Source: Amphiscolops sp. MND2022
Lineage: Eukaryota
Reading direction: 5' to 3'
Assembly (NCBI GenBank): GCA_964187785.1
Contig: OZ076409.1
Span: forward strand, 33,606,001-33,666,000
Length of the DNA stretch: 60,000 nucleotides
Position 1 is the stretch's first letter. The number at the start of each line of letters is the position of its first letter. The notes below the pieces were generated by a model. It worked only from the letters and a program-made list of their open reading frames with translations, made no database searches and was not told where the DNA came from. This document shows positions 11,715 to 24,072 of the stretch, piece by piece. Both the position numbers and the translations under genes were made by a program.

Positions 11715-12310
11715 AGGCTCTTGTCTGTTCTCCCCACCACCAAAAATTTTGAAAGTAAATTAACTTTAAAAAATTCAGACTAGGCTAATTAAAAGTAAAA
11801 CCTTCTTTCATAACAGGAAGTTAACGTCTGTAACTATTATTTTTTTGTCTGAGCAAAACACTTTTCACGCATTTTGACTATAATTCTGTTCGTATTCACT
11901 GTTTTTCCGGGCTCTTTTCTATAACCTCCCACCACCGAAATTTTTGAAAGTTAATTTCCTTAAAAATTTCAGACCAAGCTACTTAAAAGTAAAACCTTTC
12001 TTAACAGGAAATTAACGTCTATTAGAAGAGATTTGTTTGAACAAAACATTTTTCACTCATTTTGACTGTTATATGTTCGAATTAACTGTTTTTTTGTGAT
12101 TCAAAACAGGAAACTGTTGATTTCTTTATCAAGAATGCGTGACTTCTTAGGCAAAAACAGGGTGAACAAAGTTTGTATCTCAATTCCAAACTGTTATTAA
12201 GGAATTAAAATATAAAATTGAAGGTTTCTGGTTTGTATTCAAGTGTTTTTGCTATCATATTTTCACTAATTTTCCAAAAATTGGCGATGGGGGACAACAG
12301 AAAAGAGCCC
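11715..12310. mobile_element. MITE-like element with ~30 bp imperfect TIRs and a tandemly duplicated (~195 bp) left end
   Basis: AGGCTCTTGTCTGTTCTCCCCACCACCAA (11715) and GGGCTCTTTTCT.. (~11909) versus TTGGCGATGGGGGACAACAGAAAAGAGCCC (ending 12310). 11730-11908 repeats at 11925-12095. Confidence 0.5.
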
Positions 12311-13306
12311 AATTTGACAATAGATGCCAAAAAATGTATTTCATGCTACAGAAAATTTTAACATATTAACCCTCTGAATTCAATATTGGAAGGATGACGG
12401 TCAAAGTTTGCGATCGCAAGCTTGTTTGAAAGTCAATATTTGATTTTCTCCAAACAAAAATTACCCCGGCGACCATCCACAGATCAGCGAAACGATCCGA
12501 GTTTGGCTAAACCGATGCTCATTGGTGTTCCGTTCTCGGTTTTCATTTCAAATACAATCGGATTCTAAAATTGTATAAAGAAAGCTTTTCTCAATTGTAA
12601 TTTTCCTATTAATTAAAAGTGAAATGTTTATGAACAAAGATTTCAATTATTGGATCATTTATTCATTTTCATTTCTTGTATCGGGTGATAAGCTGAGATG
12701 TAGAAAGTCTCGTGAAACAACATCGTTCTGACGTCATTTCAAGGATTGTTATGCAACAAAGCAGAAACAAAATTTTTGAAATTTATGAATAGTGCTTTCG
12801 TTTCAAAACCATACTGTTTCGTGACACAAAACATTAGCTACATCAACGAATTTCCCACAAAAAGTCATTTATTAAATTTTATTGAGCTTACACAAATACG
12901 ATTGCCTAAAGGAACTAATTACAACATAAAGAAAGAAAATTCTATTCTTGTAATCAAAAACTCTTCTCAGGAACTATCCAGAAGGTCTGTTGAACTAATT
13001 GCTTAAAGAAAAAGCAGCTCGAAAAAGTAGGTTAATCATACTTCTATTAAGGGCACATTACATCAATCCTGATTTGAGGGTGAAATATTACCATGACCCC
13101 GTTACTTTCTTTGTAAGCCTAAATTTGTTACTCGAAATTACTTTAAAAAACTGAGTGTGACAACTTTTACGCGCAAAATCAAACAATTCTCAGCGATACT
13201 GCACTGAAAAGAATTTTGTTTTACTTCCGGTTTTCACTCCATTCAAAACCAGGCTGTAAATGGTCTGCAATTATATTTTGATAATTATAGACTGGTCATA
13301 TGCGTT

Positions 13307-14318
13307 CAGGGCCTCCGTAAAAATAATTGTATTGCAATTATTTTCAATAAATAATTTATTTTTTTGGCATTTTTGTAGGGCAATAATTTATTTTCAACGG
13401 AGCTTTAGGGAAATAATTGAGGGACTCAAATGCACTTATTGTTTAAATTATTGACAATTAGGGGTCAGCTCGATTTCAATAGTGCGTCATGCAGCAGCTG
13501 CCACAAAGTTATCGCGCTCGTCTGTGATTGGCTGAGCTCGGGTGACTTTTTAGTGGGGCGAAACTCACTCTCGGCCATCTTCGCCAAGGTCTGTCACCAA
13601 TGCATCTCGAAGCGCAGTTATTTTTAGTCGGCGCTTTTTTACTGAAAAGTGCATGTATTACAGTGGCTAGTTTTTTTTTCTTTTTTTGTCGTCAGACTAC
13701 AATCTCACTCTGAGTGGGCCACTTTTCTTACAATCGAAACTACTAAAACTATTACCATAAGGCCAAGTCCGGTCAGCGGAAATTAGTGCAAAACGGTCCC
13801 CCTTTTCATTTTTTTACTTTTTTAACGTAACCTACAAAACCGGACGAGACTAAAGGGTCCCCCTTTCGATTTTTTTCGGCATTGTGCGACTTTTTTCGAC
13901 AATTTTTTATTTAATGTTTAAAAGAGTCCCCCGTTCGAGTTGTTTGATATTTTGCAACAGAATATATGTTATTAAATTTTTCGACACTATGCGACATTTT
14001 CTGAAAGAAAAAAACTCAAAAAATTCATGGGTTTTTTTCCAAAAAAAGTCTTTTGCGCTTTTTGAGCTTTAGATATAGCGCCGACTTTAGACGTTCCCGT
14101 CTTGTTGTTTCTAAATAGAATTTACTGGGATGCTCAATTGGTGTCGAGAGTTGTAAATTGTAAAAAACAATCCTAAATAATTGTTTCAATAATTTGAATT
14201 ATTGCAATTATTTATTTAACATACCAAGTTAGGGAAATTATTGATTGATGAGAGAGGAATAAGGAATAATTGAGGGAAAGACTTCAATATTATTGCAAAT
14301 ATTTTTACGGAGGCCCTG
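13307..14318. mobile_element. Non-autonomous hAT-type MITE with a nested HINE-like insertion
   Basis: TIRs CAGGGCCTCCGTAAAAA / TTTTTACGGAGGCCCTG; 8 bp TSD TATGCGTT / TACGCGTT (7 of 8 match). Confidence 0.85.
13621..14106 (+). mobile_element. Helentron/DINE-1-like non-autonomous element, copy 1
   Basis: 5' TTTTAGTCGGCGC; 3' GCGCCGACTT, then hairpin AGACG-TTCC-CGTCT, then TGTT. Confidence 0.75.
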
Positions 14319-14832
14319 TACGCGTTTATGGTTACGCATATAGTTCAGTCTTTGATGCGTCTGGTGTGATCAGCATGATTCCATGAAAAGTCAAACTATT
14401 TCAGAAAAGTGAAACTCAAATGTTTGATCGAAAACCACAAGCTGGATCGTTTATCTGTAGTTTTGGCTGGTACCAGGGAAAACCGGAAGACAGCATTGAA
14501 ACACATTATTATAAGGTATCAAAACAGGGTGACAGAAACATGGTTCCTACAATATAGTACTATATAGAAAGAAAAATCTCGAAAACATTCAAAGTGGAGA
14601 TTTTGGCCGTGAGCAAAGGAAATTACAGTCATATTCAAGAATTTAAAAGGTATTAAAGCATCTGATTTGATGAATTGTCAATAAAACTTGGTATCTAATG
14701 AAGAAAAAGGCAGAAGAAAAATACTTGCAGACTTAAAACAAAACAACTTCGTCGCAATAACGTTCGGACCGGCATAACTCAGTGCCCGTCGTAAGGCTCA
14801 AAAAGTGCTATAACGCATTTCATTTCTTGAAA

Positions 14833-14926
14833 CGCCGACGAAAATTCACAGCCATAATGTATTATATGTTTGATGATACGTATCATAAAACATATAATAC
14901 ATTATGGCTGTGAATTTTCGTCGGCG
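14833..14926. repeat. 94 bp spacerless palindrome (47 bp arms, 1 mismatch)
   Basis: CGCCGACGAAAATTCACAGCCATAATG...GATAC|GTATC...CATTATGGCTGTGAATTTTCGTCGGCG. Confidence 0.92.
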
Positions 14927-14940
14927 AATTTGCGTTGGTG

Positions 14941-15193
14941 ATAGCTTAAGTTTCGAAATTAGTTCTATATTACTTGAGCATAATCTCTGCAGCATGGTCT
15001 CCAGAATCATTGTTTGCCCAGATTTAGAGAACAATTTCTTCAACTTGAAACGTTTCCGATATATCGGTTATATATCGAAAACTTTTCAAGTTGAAGAAAT
15101 TATTCTCTAGATCTGGGCAAAAAATGATTCCGGAGACCATGCTGCGGAGATTATCCGCAAGTAATATAGAACCAATTTCGAAACTTAAGCTAT
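14941..15193. repeat. ~250 bp imperfect palindrome (arms ~124 bp, tiny loop), MITE-like
   Basis: ATAGCTTAAGTTTCGAAATT...CGATATAT / ATATATCG...AATTTCGAAACTTAAGCTAT. Confidence 0.88.
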
Positions 15194-15223
15194 AACTCAG
15201 CTAAAACATAATAACATATAACT

Positions 15224-15293
15224 GCCACTTGGCTTAGAGGTTAACGCGGATTTCCTGATCTCGGGGAAGCACGAGTTAGTGGGTTAGAGTCTC
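15224..15293 (+). repeat. Degenerate tRNA-like/SINE head
   Basis: A-box-like TGGCTTAGAGG and B-box-like GGTTAGAGTC. A related start, CCACTTGGCATAAAGGTTAACGCG, occurs at ~52403. Confidence 0.35.
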
Positions 15294-15821
15294 ACACTAA
15301 ACTAGAATTTTTTATGCTTGCAGAAGTAGAGGGGAAACCCGTTGGTTTTGTTTTCAAACCGAAAACCACTCCCTCGATTCTAAGCATGAGCAAGGCGTTC
15401 TTCTGCCAGTATAGAAGGTCACTTAGTGTTTTTTTGAATTATGCGACTTACGGACGAATTTTTTGAAAAAAAACCTCAATGACTGTTAAAGCCTTCTGGG
15501 TTCACCAGTTGGACAATTTTTCATTTTTTTTAAAGAAAGACATGTTCAAAGACTTTTTGAATTGAATAACATTTTATTGAAGCAGTCAAAAAGTGTTTTT
15601 CCAAAATTTGGTTCAATTTATGCAGTTTGAAGTTAAAGGGAGACTCTGAGAACCAAGAAACTATTACGCCATTGTAAAAACTCTAAAATGCGAAACTGTG
15701 TTATGAACAAATAATCTTTAGACTTATGACTAAAAAATAAAAGTTAGAAACAGCTTCAAGATGGGATTTACCTGCTAGGTGCGGTTTTCTAACTTACACA
15801 AAAAAAATGATCCAAGAAATT

Positions 15822-16589
15822 GGTTTAGTATCATTTCACCCCACGTTCATTTCACCCCACATCATTTCACGCCATGTCATTTCACCCCACAACCATTTCA
15901 CCCCAGGTGCATGTCACCCCTCGTTCATTTCACCCCCAAATTTATTTCACCCCACGTTCATTTCAGCCCACAGTCATTTCAAACCACATTTAAATTATCA
16001 AATGCGTCTCAGATTAATGACTAAAGCCACCCAATTTCAATCTTAGCGCTAATAGAAAGGCGTCTTCAATTCAATTACCAATAAGATAAACAACCGATGC
16101 TTGCTATGTGAACCACAAAATCGGAACCGAAAAGTTTTACTTATCGGAATTGTGATATGTCTGAACAGGGCGCTTAAAAAATCATTTATTTCTGTCAATC
16201 AAAATCTACAATTATGGATGCTGCCAATCTTCAGCGAAAAATTGCTATTCGGTTTTCCTACGGCAAGAAAAATCCAACAGGCCAGAAACTGACAATCAAA
16301 TCAAAGCTGATTCAAAGAGAGTAGGCATCAAAGTTTAATTGTTAATTAAGATGAGACGCTTTTGTATAATTACAATATGTTGTGCAATGAAATTGGGGTG
16401 AAATGAACGTGGGGTGAAATGAATTTGGGGTGAAATGAATGTGGGGTGAAATTTATGTGGGGTGAAATGAACGTGGGGTGAAATGATATGGGGTGAAATG
16501 AATGTGGGGTGAAATGTATGTGGGGTGAAATGAACGTGGGGTGAAATGATACGGGGTGAAATGATTTTGGGGTGAAATGAACGCACACC
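15822..16589. mobile_element. Foldback-type non-autonomous DNA transposon with minisatellite (CATTTCACCCCA) inverted arms
   Basis: Left array 15831-15980 and inverted right array 16390-16580. Termini GGT...ACC are flanked by a perfect 8 bp TSD, AAGAAATT (15814-15821, 16590-16597). Confidence 0.85.
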
Positions 16590-16703
16590 AAGAAATTAGC
16601 TAAAACTTTGTCACAGCTTGAATCAGCATGACAAACAAAAGAAGCATCATAAGCGGCACCAATTACAAGTGGTAAAGGACATATTATTATACTTATTATA
16701 TTG

Positions 16704-17287
16704 AACAAGCCGGGACCTGCCCAATGTCGGCGCCATATCTAAGGCTAAAAATAGCAAAAGGACTTCAAAATGCCAAAGTATTCTCTTCTACAGTACCTGA
16801 AAAACCCAAAAAATGGACCGAATGGTGCGCTAAAAGGGGGACCCTTTCGCATTTTTCAACAGCCTTTGTTGTAAAACATTAAAAAATTAAAGGGGGGACC
16901 CTTTGGTGAAAAAAATTGTTTCGGAAAAAGTCTCAGTGCCGAAAAAACTGAAAGGGGGCCCTTTTGGATTTTTCAACATCCATTCTGTCGCAAAACATCA
17001 AAAAATTGAAGGGGGGTTTTGGGGAAAATTTTTTTCGAAAACAAAACTCTCACAAAGCCGAAAAAACTGAAAGGGGGATCCTTTAGTCTCTCCCGGTATT
17101 GTATGTTACGTGGAAAAAGAGTAAAAACCTTTTTGGTTCAGTTCGCTAGGCCAAATGATTCAATTTGGGACCATGAAATTTTGTAGAACTTTCAAGAACT
17201 ATTTTGGTCAGTCCGTGTGGATTGAAAAAAAAAGAAAAAAAGTCACTATATTAGTTGCGTTTCACTTCATGAAGCGCCGACTAAAAA
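16704..17287 (-). mobile_element. Helentron/DINE-1-like element, copy 2, with ~110 bp internal tandem repeats
   Basis: AACAAGCCGGG...GTCGGCGCCATATCT start and ...GAAGCGCCGACTAAAAA end. Internal repeats of GCCGAAAAAACTGAAAGGGGG..CCTTT. Confidence 0.78.
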
Positions 17288-17458
17288 TGAGGCATTAGGG
17301 TTCGCTTCTGTCGCTTCGACACCTTCAACATTCGAAAAAGTATATGAAACTTGCACTCCCTTGTTTCTGCTCCTCGTTTAAAGATGAATTTTCTCTGCTT
17401 GTCTGACTTAGGAGTTGTATCAGGCTCCTCAGATATACATGACAAACAGGAATATTAC

Positions 17459-17644
17459 CCGTTACATGGAATGAATTTTGAAATTCCAAACACAATTTCC
17501 GAGAGGAGATTTCGTGTATGAGATCTTCGTGCCCCCACCACCCTCGACATGTGAAGGTTTCACAGAAATAACGCGTTGTACTGACCGTTTGTAGGCCGCA
17601 AATGAGAGACCAGGACCAACTGAGACTAATAAGTATGAATACAA
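17459..17644 (-). other. Candidate isolated coding exon (186 nt)
   Basis: Strong acceptor (TTTTTTTTCCTTCTGTTCTAG) and donor (G|GTAAT). One open frame: VFILISLSWSWSLICGLQTVSTTRYFCETFTCRGWWGHEDLIHEISSRKLCLEFQNSFHVT. No partner exons found. Confidence 0.25.
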
Positions 17645-19529
17645 CTAGAACAGAAGGAAAAAAAAAACAGACAATTCGAGTAGAAATTCAAAACACCCAG
17701 TCGTTGAAAGTGAAACCAATTTGAGAATAGTTGAGTTTAATTTCAAAAAGCTCTTCGATCCAAGCTCTTAGATTATCTTGTCGTTGTGTCACATTTAGAA
17801 TCGTCGCGTTCATAATTACAAGTTGTCGAGTGCCTATGTCGAAATATGCAGCTTTGGAATCTAGAGTTTAATCATGAGACCTGCTAAACACATTTGCAAA
17901 GGTTCATGATGTGAGAGACCTTTGTCTCATGAATGAAATCGGATTATTCATCGCACAGTGATGCGCAGCTGAGTTATGTGAGATTATTGGCAGTTACGAC
18001 AGCGCGTCGAAGACGGAAGATGTTTTCCATTCAGCATTCGCTGATCATGCACTCGTTACAGCAGAATATGAAATGGAATCAGCGGGGCAACATGCTTGTG
18101 ATATGTCAGTATCATCATATGTAACCTCTGAAAAGTAGTCAGGTTTATCAGTATTTTCCCAGCGTGAGTAATTTGTTGTTTCTGTGGGCGGCATAAGAGG
18201 AACCACTATTGCTTTCTTATGCTGCAATACCATATGACGGAGCAGACGTTTGACAATAAAGTCGTTGGAACGGCTCCGAACTGTAATTGCTTCACGTACG
18301 AATACATGTGTTGAAAATGCATGTGAGAGTTTATCAAGAATGTGTATTCTCTCGTGACGGCTGAAAATATGCGGGAAGAGAAACCTACCGCGGAAAAATT
18401 ACTAAATGAAAACCGAATGTAGCTGACTGTAGGGTTGAGGTAAAGATTATAGTAATTTCATTTTCGCCATTTCCATGCTGTCTCAACTTCTTAAAACGGT
18501 TGATGGGTTTTGCCGTTCAGGGCCAATACCTGAACAAGTGTTTTAACCTCAGTGCGTTTTAGGCAACTACAGTTGCGGGAACCACAGATTCCAAATCGTT
18601 AAACGGAATGCCCGATTGCGTCTAACATGATGAGGTTTCTCTTGTGATTCTGCAGAAGCCAGATCAAGCTGGTTTTTGATGTAGTTTAGGACGTTTGGAA
18701 GCACCATGGCACCTTCGAGCGGCGATACTTTTCCCTTCGTGATCTGATGGTTAATCTGTACGTGTAGTTGCAATACTGGCCGAAGTGTTACGGGGGCCTT
18801 CTCGCGGCCGGCCCCTATTGGTCGTGCAATCTCCAGATGGAGAAAGAAGCTGAGGAATGGGCATGGGTTTTTCGGGTCATTCTATTTGTCGCTCCTGAGT
18901 TTTTGTTTAAGGAGAAATATTGGATATTTTGGTTTTCCCATCTTGGCAACCAAATGAAAGAATGTTGATACTTGTTCGTGTCAGCGACGGATTCGTTAAC
19001 ATTGGCACCGACTTGCCCGCCAATGAGTCAAAAAACAAGTGCATTGTTGCCGAGTCTGCGCTTGAGTGGGAGGGTGAAGACGCTAGTGCTTTGAGGCATG
19101 GATTGAAAGTTCAGCGAGAACCTTTTTCTGAAAAACGTTTTCAGAAGTTTTCAGATACGAAAAAAAGAAAGGAACCTTTATGACACGAAACGCGTTTCCC
19201 GACTGCAAAATATCCTTGAAAAACAGAAGGGAAAAACTGTTAATTCAAAAACAAGTGGTACAATGCTGAATTTTTGGGGCTCGAGCTTTTCGAGGTGCCC
19301 ACATGGTGACGTTTTTTTGCAAATTTCGTGGCATCTGCCAATTTTTCAAAAATGTGAGGCAAATTTCTCAAAACACAGAACAGATATGGATACCATGTTT
19401 TCGCTAAAAGTTGCGCACGATTGTAGGTTACATTTTCTTTGAAACAAATTTCCAACAAAAATTGGCTTCATGGTTTTTTGCAAATAAGTTTTGAAAAGAC
19501 GCAATTTATGAGTGTTTTTCATCTTTAAT

Positions 19530-20250
19530 CCCCTATATCTCGGAACCGAGACCAAATAGAGTCCATGGTTTCGTAAATTGTACAACCATTTCATAGGCTA
19601 CATTTGAGCCGAAAAACGATGTCAAAACTGTTTTTAATACTAGTGTTTTCGGGCAAAAAGGGGATGAAAAAAATGTCTGATATTTGTCTCAGTTGTAGCT
19701 CATATTTCTCAACACTGATGAGAGATACAGAAACCAATTTCTCTCAAGAAGTACAGCAAGCATACAAGCTAGTCTTTGTACCAACAAAGTTTCCGTCATC
19801 AAGTATGACGCCTTCGTTTTTCTGCCAAAAATACTTGATTTTTTTTTCAAATTTTTTCTTAGTTCTTTTATACTTGAGTTCCTTTATCTCATGACCGCTA
19901 CCAAAAAAGATCGAAAAAGTTCATGGTTTCGTAACTTGAACGAGGGTTATGAAGGCTACTTTTTAGGCTTGGAGTGACGTCGAATTTTTTTCGCTCTGGT
20001 TTTTTGGGCAGATAAAGGGATGAAAAAAATATCTGAATTGTTTCCTATGTTCTTCCCAAGTTGTAGCTCAAATTTCTCTAAACTTAAAATAGATACGAAA
20101 ACATTTCTTCCTCACAACGTGAAGCAAGGATGTGAGCTAGTTTTTGGACCATCAAAGTTTCCTTCCTTCGATTTTCTGCCAAAATTACATTTTTCTTTTC
20201 TCCAAGGAAATCTTTTTCCAAGTTTTTTCATCAAAGCTTCTTGATCTGGG
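19530..20250. repeat. Diverged ~360 bp tandem duplication
   Basis: CATGGTTTCGTAA at ~19564 and ~19922. GGGATGAAAAAAAT.TCTGA and CAAAGTTTCC recur with similar spacing. Confidence 0.6.
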
Positions 20251-20959
20251 ACTAAATGAGTTCACTAGATTTTGGGCCATGGAACTTATACTATTTGTAG
20301 CCACTTCTGCAGACCATTGAACGTTTCTGCTCGAGGCCAAGCGCGACACGCCGTCGCGCATATGTTTTTCTTAGGTCACGTTTTCGATTTCTGAACATGA
20401 TGAAATTAAGTCGGTCATTTCGTCCACATTGAAAAACATTGAAGAAAAGAGAAAAACTTGACGAACTGGTCAGTGTAAATATGTCGCCGCACAATTGGTA
20501 AAAATGGTGGCTGGAAGTGAGTTTTTTCGTTGCCTAGCTCGAACAAACAACAGCGACTGTATTTGAACACCTTATGTATGGGCTGTTCAAAAAAGTTTTG
20601 AAAATTGTGAACACTTATAGTAGATTTAATTTGTTACCAGAAAATCCAAAAGTAAATATAGCAACAGAACAAATTCAAAAGCAACTTGTATGCTTTAACT
20701 ATCAAATCAATTCATCAAAGTTTGCGCACAGAAATCGACTCGTCAATATGTACAATTCAATGCAGAACTCCGTGGGACGTGTGTAACTTGAAAATTGAAT
20801 TCAAGTCCACCTTTAATAGTTTTGTTTGGGAATATTATGAAACTTATACCTTTGAAAATTATATTATTGACATTGCAGCTCTGCACTATGCTACTTTAGG
20901 AGGTAAACACTGAATGACAAGTTTGTCACGATTGTCGGATTAGCGTTTTCCAATCTCAA

Positions 20960-21566
20960 TTTTAATCGGCGCATTTTAGTAGAAAATATGCCCGACTCTT
21001 ATAGTGGGTAGTTTTTTTAGTCGGCGCATTTTAGTAGAAAATGTGCCCGACTCTTACAGTGAGTAGTTTTTCCTTTTTTTAGACGTGTAAGGTCCATTTT
21101 TTTGTTCATTTGTTCAACAACGTCAAACATCAACAACTTCGAACCTCAACAACTCGAACCTCAAAAGCGCGTCCAAAACGAAAAGAAGTAACAAAACAGA
21201 CGTCCAGAACCTCGAAATCGCACTAAGGATATCCCCATAGCCCCACTTTTTTTCGGCACTATGCGACTATTTTTGAAACTTTTTGGATTGCACCAAAGCG
21301 TCCCCTTAATTTTTTAAACATTTTGCAACACAATGGATGTCAAAAAATCCCAAAGGGTCCCCCCTTTTACAATTTTCGGCACTGTGACCCTGTTCAAAAA
21401 TCTCATTTCGAAAATTTTTTGGTAAAAATTTTCAAGTCCCAAAGGGCTGCACTTCAATTTTTTTCATATTTTGCAACCAGCAGCAGTTTCACAAAGACCG
21501 AAGGGTCCCCCTTTCACAATTTCGAGCGTTAGATATAGCGCCGACTTTGGCCGTTCTCGGCTTGTT
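20960..21566 (+). mobile_element. Helentron/DINE-1-like element, copy 3, with a duplicated 5' hairpin
   Basis: TTTTAGTCGGCGCATTTT-AGTAG-AAAATGTGCCCGACT present twice; 3' GCGCCGACTTT-GGCCG-TTCT-CGGCT-TGTT. Confidence 0.78.
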
Positions 21567-22275
21567 GTAGAATGGTGAAGCAACATTGGGTTGTATCTGA
21601 AAATCCTCAAGGGCCCAAAACTGAACCCAAAAATTCCTTACATGAGCCACGGAATTCTGTGTGTTTTTGTCTTTTCAGTAGTTCAGATCTATACGTTTGT
21701 CACCTTTGTTGAAGAGAAAATTTTTGTTGTTTTTTTTGCTTCTCGTTTTGTGATACACCGGAGCAATAGTCGGACATGCTACTGCGCAAAATATATCATG
21801 AAACAGTTTTCTGGTCTTCATTGTACGTACTTTAGTTGATATTTCCTGCCTATGACTGCCCCTAGGTAGACCGCCTTATGTTCCAATAACTAATGTATGT
21901 AATTAAATCGAAGACTTTATAAATGTAAATTTTTCGAAGTATGAAATATGTCCACCGAAAATTCAATTTGACTTAATTCAATTCAATATACCTTATTTAG
22001 TAAGTGAATAACATCACAGAAATGATTATAGCGTCCAGTTCCTCTCTCATCCGCAAGAAAATTATCAGACGCTAGTCAAAATTAAAAAATCAAAGTGAAA
22101 GGCTCCTCTGACAATTTCGTTGATAAGTCATTTTCTTTATTGAAATTGGCGGAAACGGGAAAAAGGGCAATGAAATGCGCAATTTTCACGTCAATAGTTA
22201 CTAATATCATTATTTTTGTACTCCGTTTTTTCGCACTAACTTCGAGTAGTTTTCGGCTTGTTGAACATTTGGGTA

Positions 22276-23081
22276 CCCATGTTGAGCTTTCCTTGAGAAT
22301 CTGTACAGATCCGTGAGCCTTTTTTCAATGAGGATCTGTACAGATCGTGCCACTGCTACGTAAGGATAACTGCAGATCTGCAAGGATCTTTACAGATGTT
22401 CAAAGGTTTTCTGTACAGATTTTTCAGGAAATTTTTTTCCGGAGCTTTCGGGAAACAGTGTCTTTGCATTTCTGGCGTCTTCAACAAGCATTTTGCTGAC
22501 CAAGGCTCAGTCAGTTGAAACTCTCCATCAATCTAAATTCTTGAGCAGGAAAGTTTGTCCCCATCACGGTAATTGTGGTGTCAGGGGAATATTCGGTATT
22601 GGTTTTGCACGGTAATTAATCAATTCCAGTTGAACTTTCCCGAAGTGGTTGTTCAACTTTGAGAGGATCGTTTGCCATATCGACTTTGATTTGGCGGATG
22701 TAATTAGACATGTGACCACCGTCTGGGTTGGTAGAGGTGTTGATAAAGTGATGTGGTAGTAGTATTTCGGATACATGGTTTGCTGGATTAGTTTTAGTAA
22801 TTGCTGGAAACTTGGAATACGTTATAGTAATTTTTTGGTCATGATTAATTTTCGTCAAATCCTGGAATATCTGTCAGGTTCTGTGCAGATCTGTACAGAT
22901 TCACACAGAAACTTTTTAAAACTTCAATTGAGAGACGTGTTTATCTCGTAGAGTACTTTTTAATCAACAAATATTTAAATGTCAAACTGTATTTACGACT
23001 AGTTAAATTTCGACAAATCCTGGAATATCTGTCAGGATCTTTCAGGATCTGTACAGATTCGCTGGGAGTGCTCAACATGGG
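22276..23081. mobile_element. MITE with ~37 bp imperfect TIRs and a TA TSD
   Basis: TA|CCCATGTTGAGC...GAATCTGTACAGATCC and GGATCTGTACAGATTC...GCTCAACATGGG|TA. The palindromic motif ATCTGTACAGAT recurs subterminally at both ends. Confidence 0.82.
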
Positions 23082-23868
23082 TATTGATATGCCGAAGGAA
23101 AAACGGCTGGTTAATCAAAACCACTAAGAGCTCACGCTTAAGAAGTGTTATTTTGAGCAGTGTGATATATTCTTTTACAATTCAACTTAGGTCCACCTAA
23201 AATCTAAAAATGTTTTTTGTTCACTGAATTTCTGCATTTCTCAAGGTTTCAGTGCTACGGTAAATTACACCATCTATAAGAGTAGATGCCAACAATATGA
23301 CGCGTTTATACGCTATTTGCTAAATTTCCTTATTGTTAGTGGCTTAGCTTTTGCATTCAAACACGATTATTTTGCAGGGACTCGTAATTAGGTTTTCAAA
23401 AGTGCTTGAGCTTGAAATTTGAAACGGCAATTTTTTCACCATTTGTTTTCCTCTGCTGTGAATCCCCCTTCATAAGCGTGTTTTCCATTCGCGTCACTGT
23501 TTTTTCGCTTTTTGCGGGAGCTTTGACGCTTGTTGTATCTCGTTCAAAATAAAAGTTATCTAAAGTGTCTTTCAGGTCATTACAAGCTTGTACAAAATAG
23601 AAATGGCGCCATTGAAATTCTTCTTCTTTCATCTCGTGCGAAAATGACGGCGAAATGGAAGATAAATAATTGAAAAGAGATGAGAAAGAAGGAAACGTGG
23701 AGACAAATAACCAACTATGATTACAATTGGGATGTTTGTTTTATTGTTTTTCATCAAGGCTTAAAGCAACAATTTATGTTTCCCACAAGTAAGGCAAAAA
23801 TTAAACGGTCGATATTATGGTTGTGCTACTAATGAAATTTTTCTTCTTACAGCGCTGGTATTGAATCA

Positions 23869-24072
23869 AGAAATCGATGCACTAACTTCGCACAAGCTAA
23901 TTTTGGGAGCGCAATAATAGATGTTCTAAATATGAGAATGGCAAAAACCCACGCTTTTCAAATTATTAAGTATGATTATGAATTTGAAAAGCGTGGGTTT
24001 TTGCCATTCTCATACTTAGAACATCTATTAAGGCGCTCCAAAAATTAGTGCGAAGTTAGTGCATCGATTTCT
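23869..24072. repeat. ~200 bp imperfect palindrome (arms ~95 bp)
   Basis: AGAAATCGATGCACTAACTTCGCAC...ACCCACGCTTTTCAAATT / AATTTGAAAAGCGTGGGT...GTGCGAAGTTAGTGCATCGATTTCT. Confidence 0.88.

Noticed and set aside
15831..16580. CRISPR-like appearance of the short regular repeats
   Set aside because: Units are ~16 bp with only 3-5 nt of variable sequence, arranged as inverted arms, in a eukaryotic context with no cas genes.
15779..16708. ORFs rich in HFTP/ISPH repeats (15779-16046, 16335-16708)
   Set aside because: They are translations of the minisatellite arms of the foldback element, not genes.
17930..19120. Relatively GC-rich, coding-looking stretch
   Set aside because: The frames I read are interrupted by stops and show no recognisable family. 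It may be an old TE relic but cannot be called.
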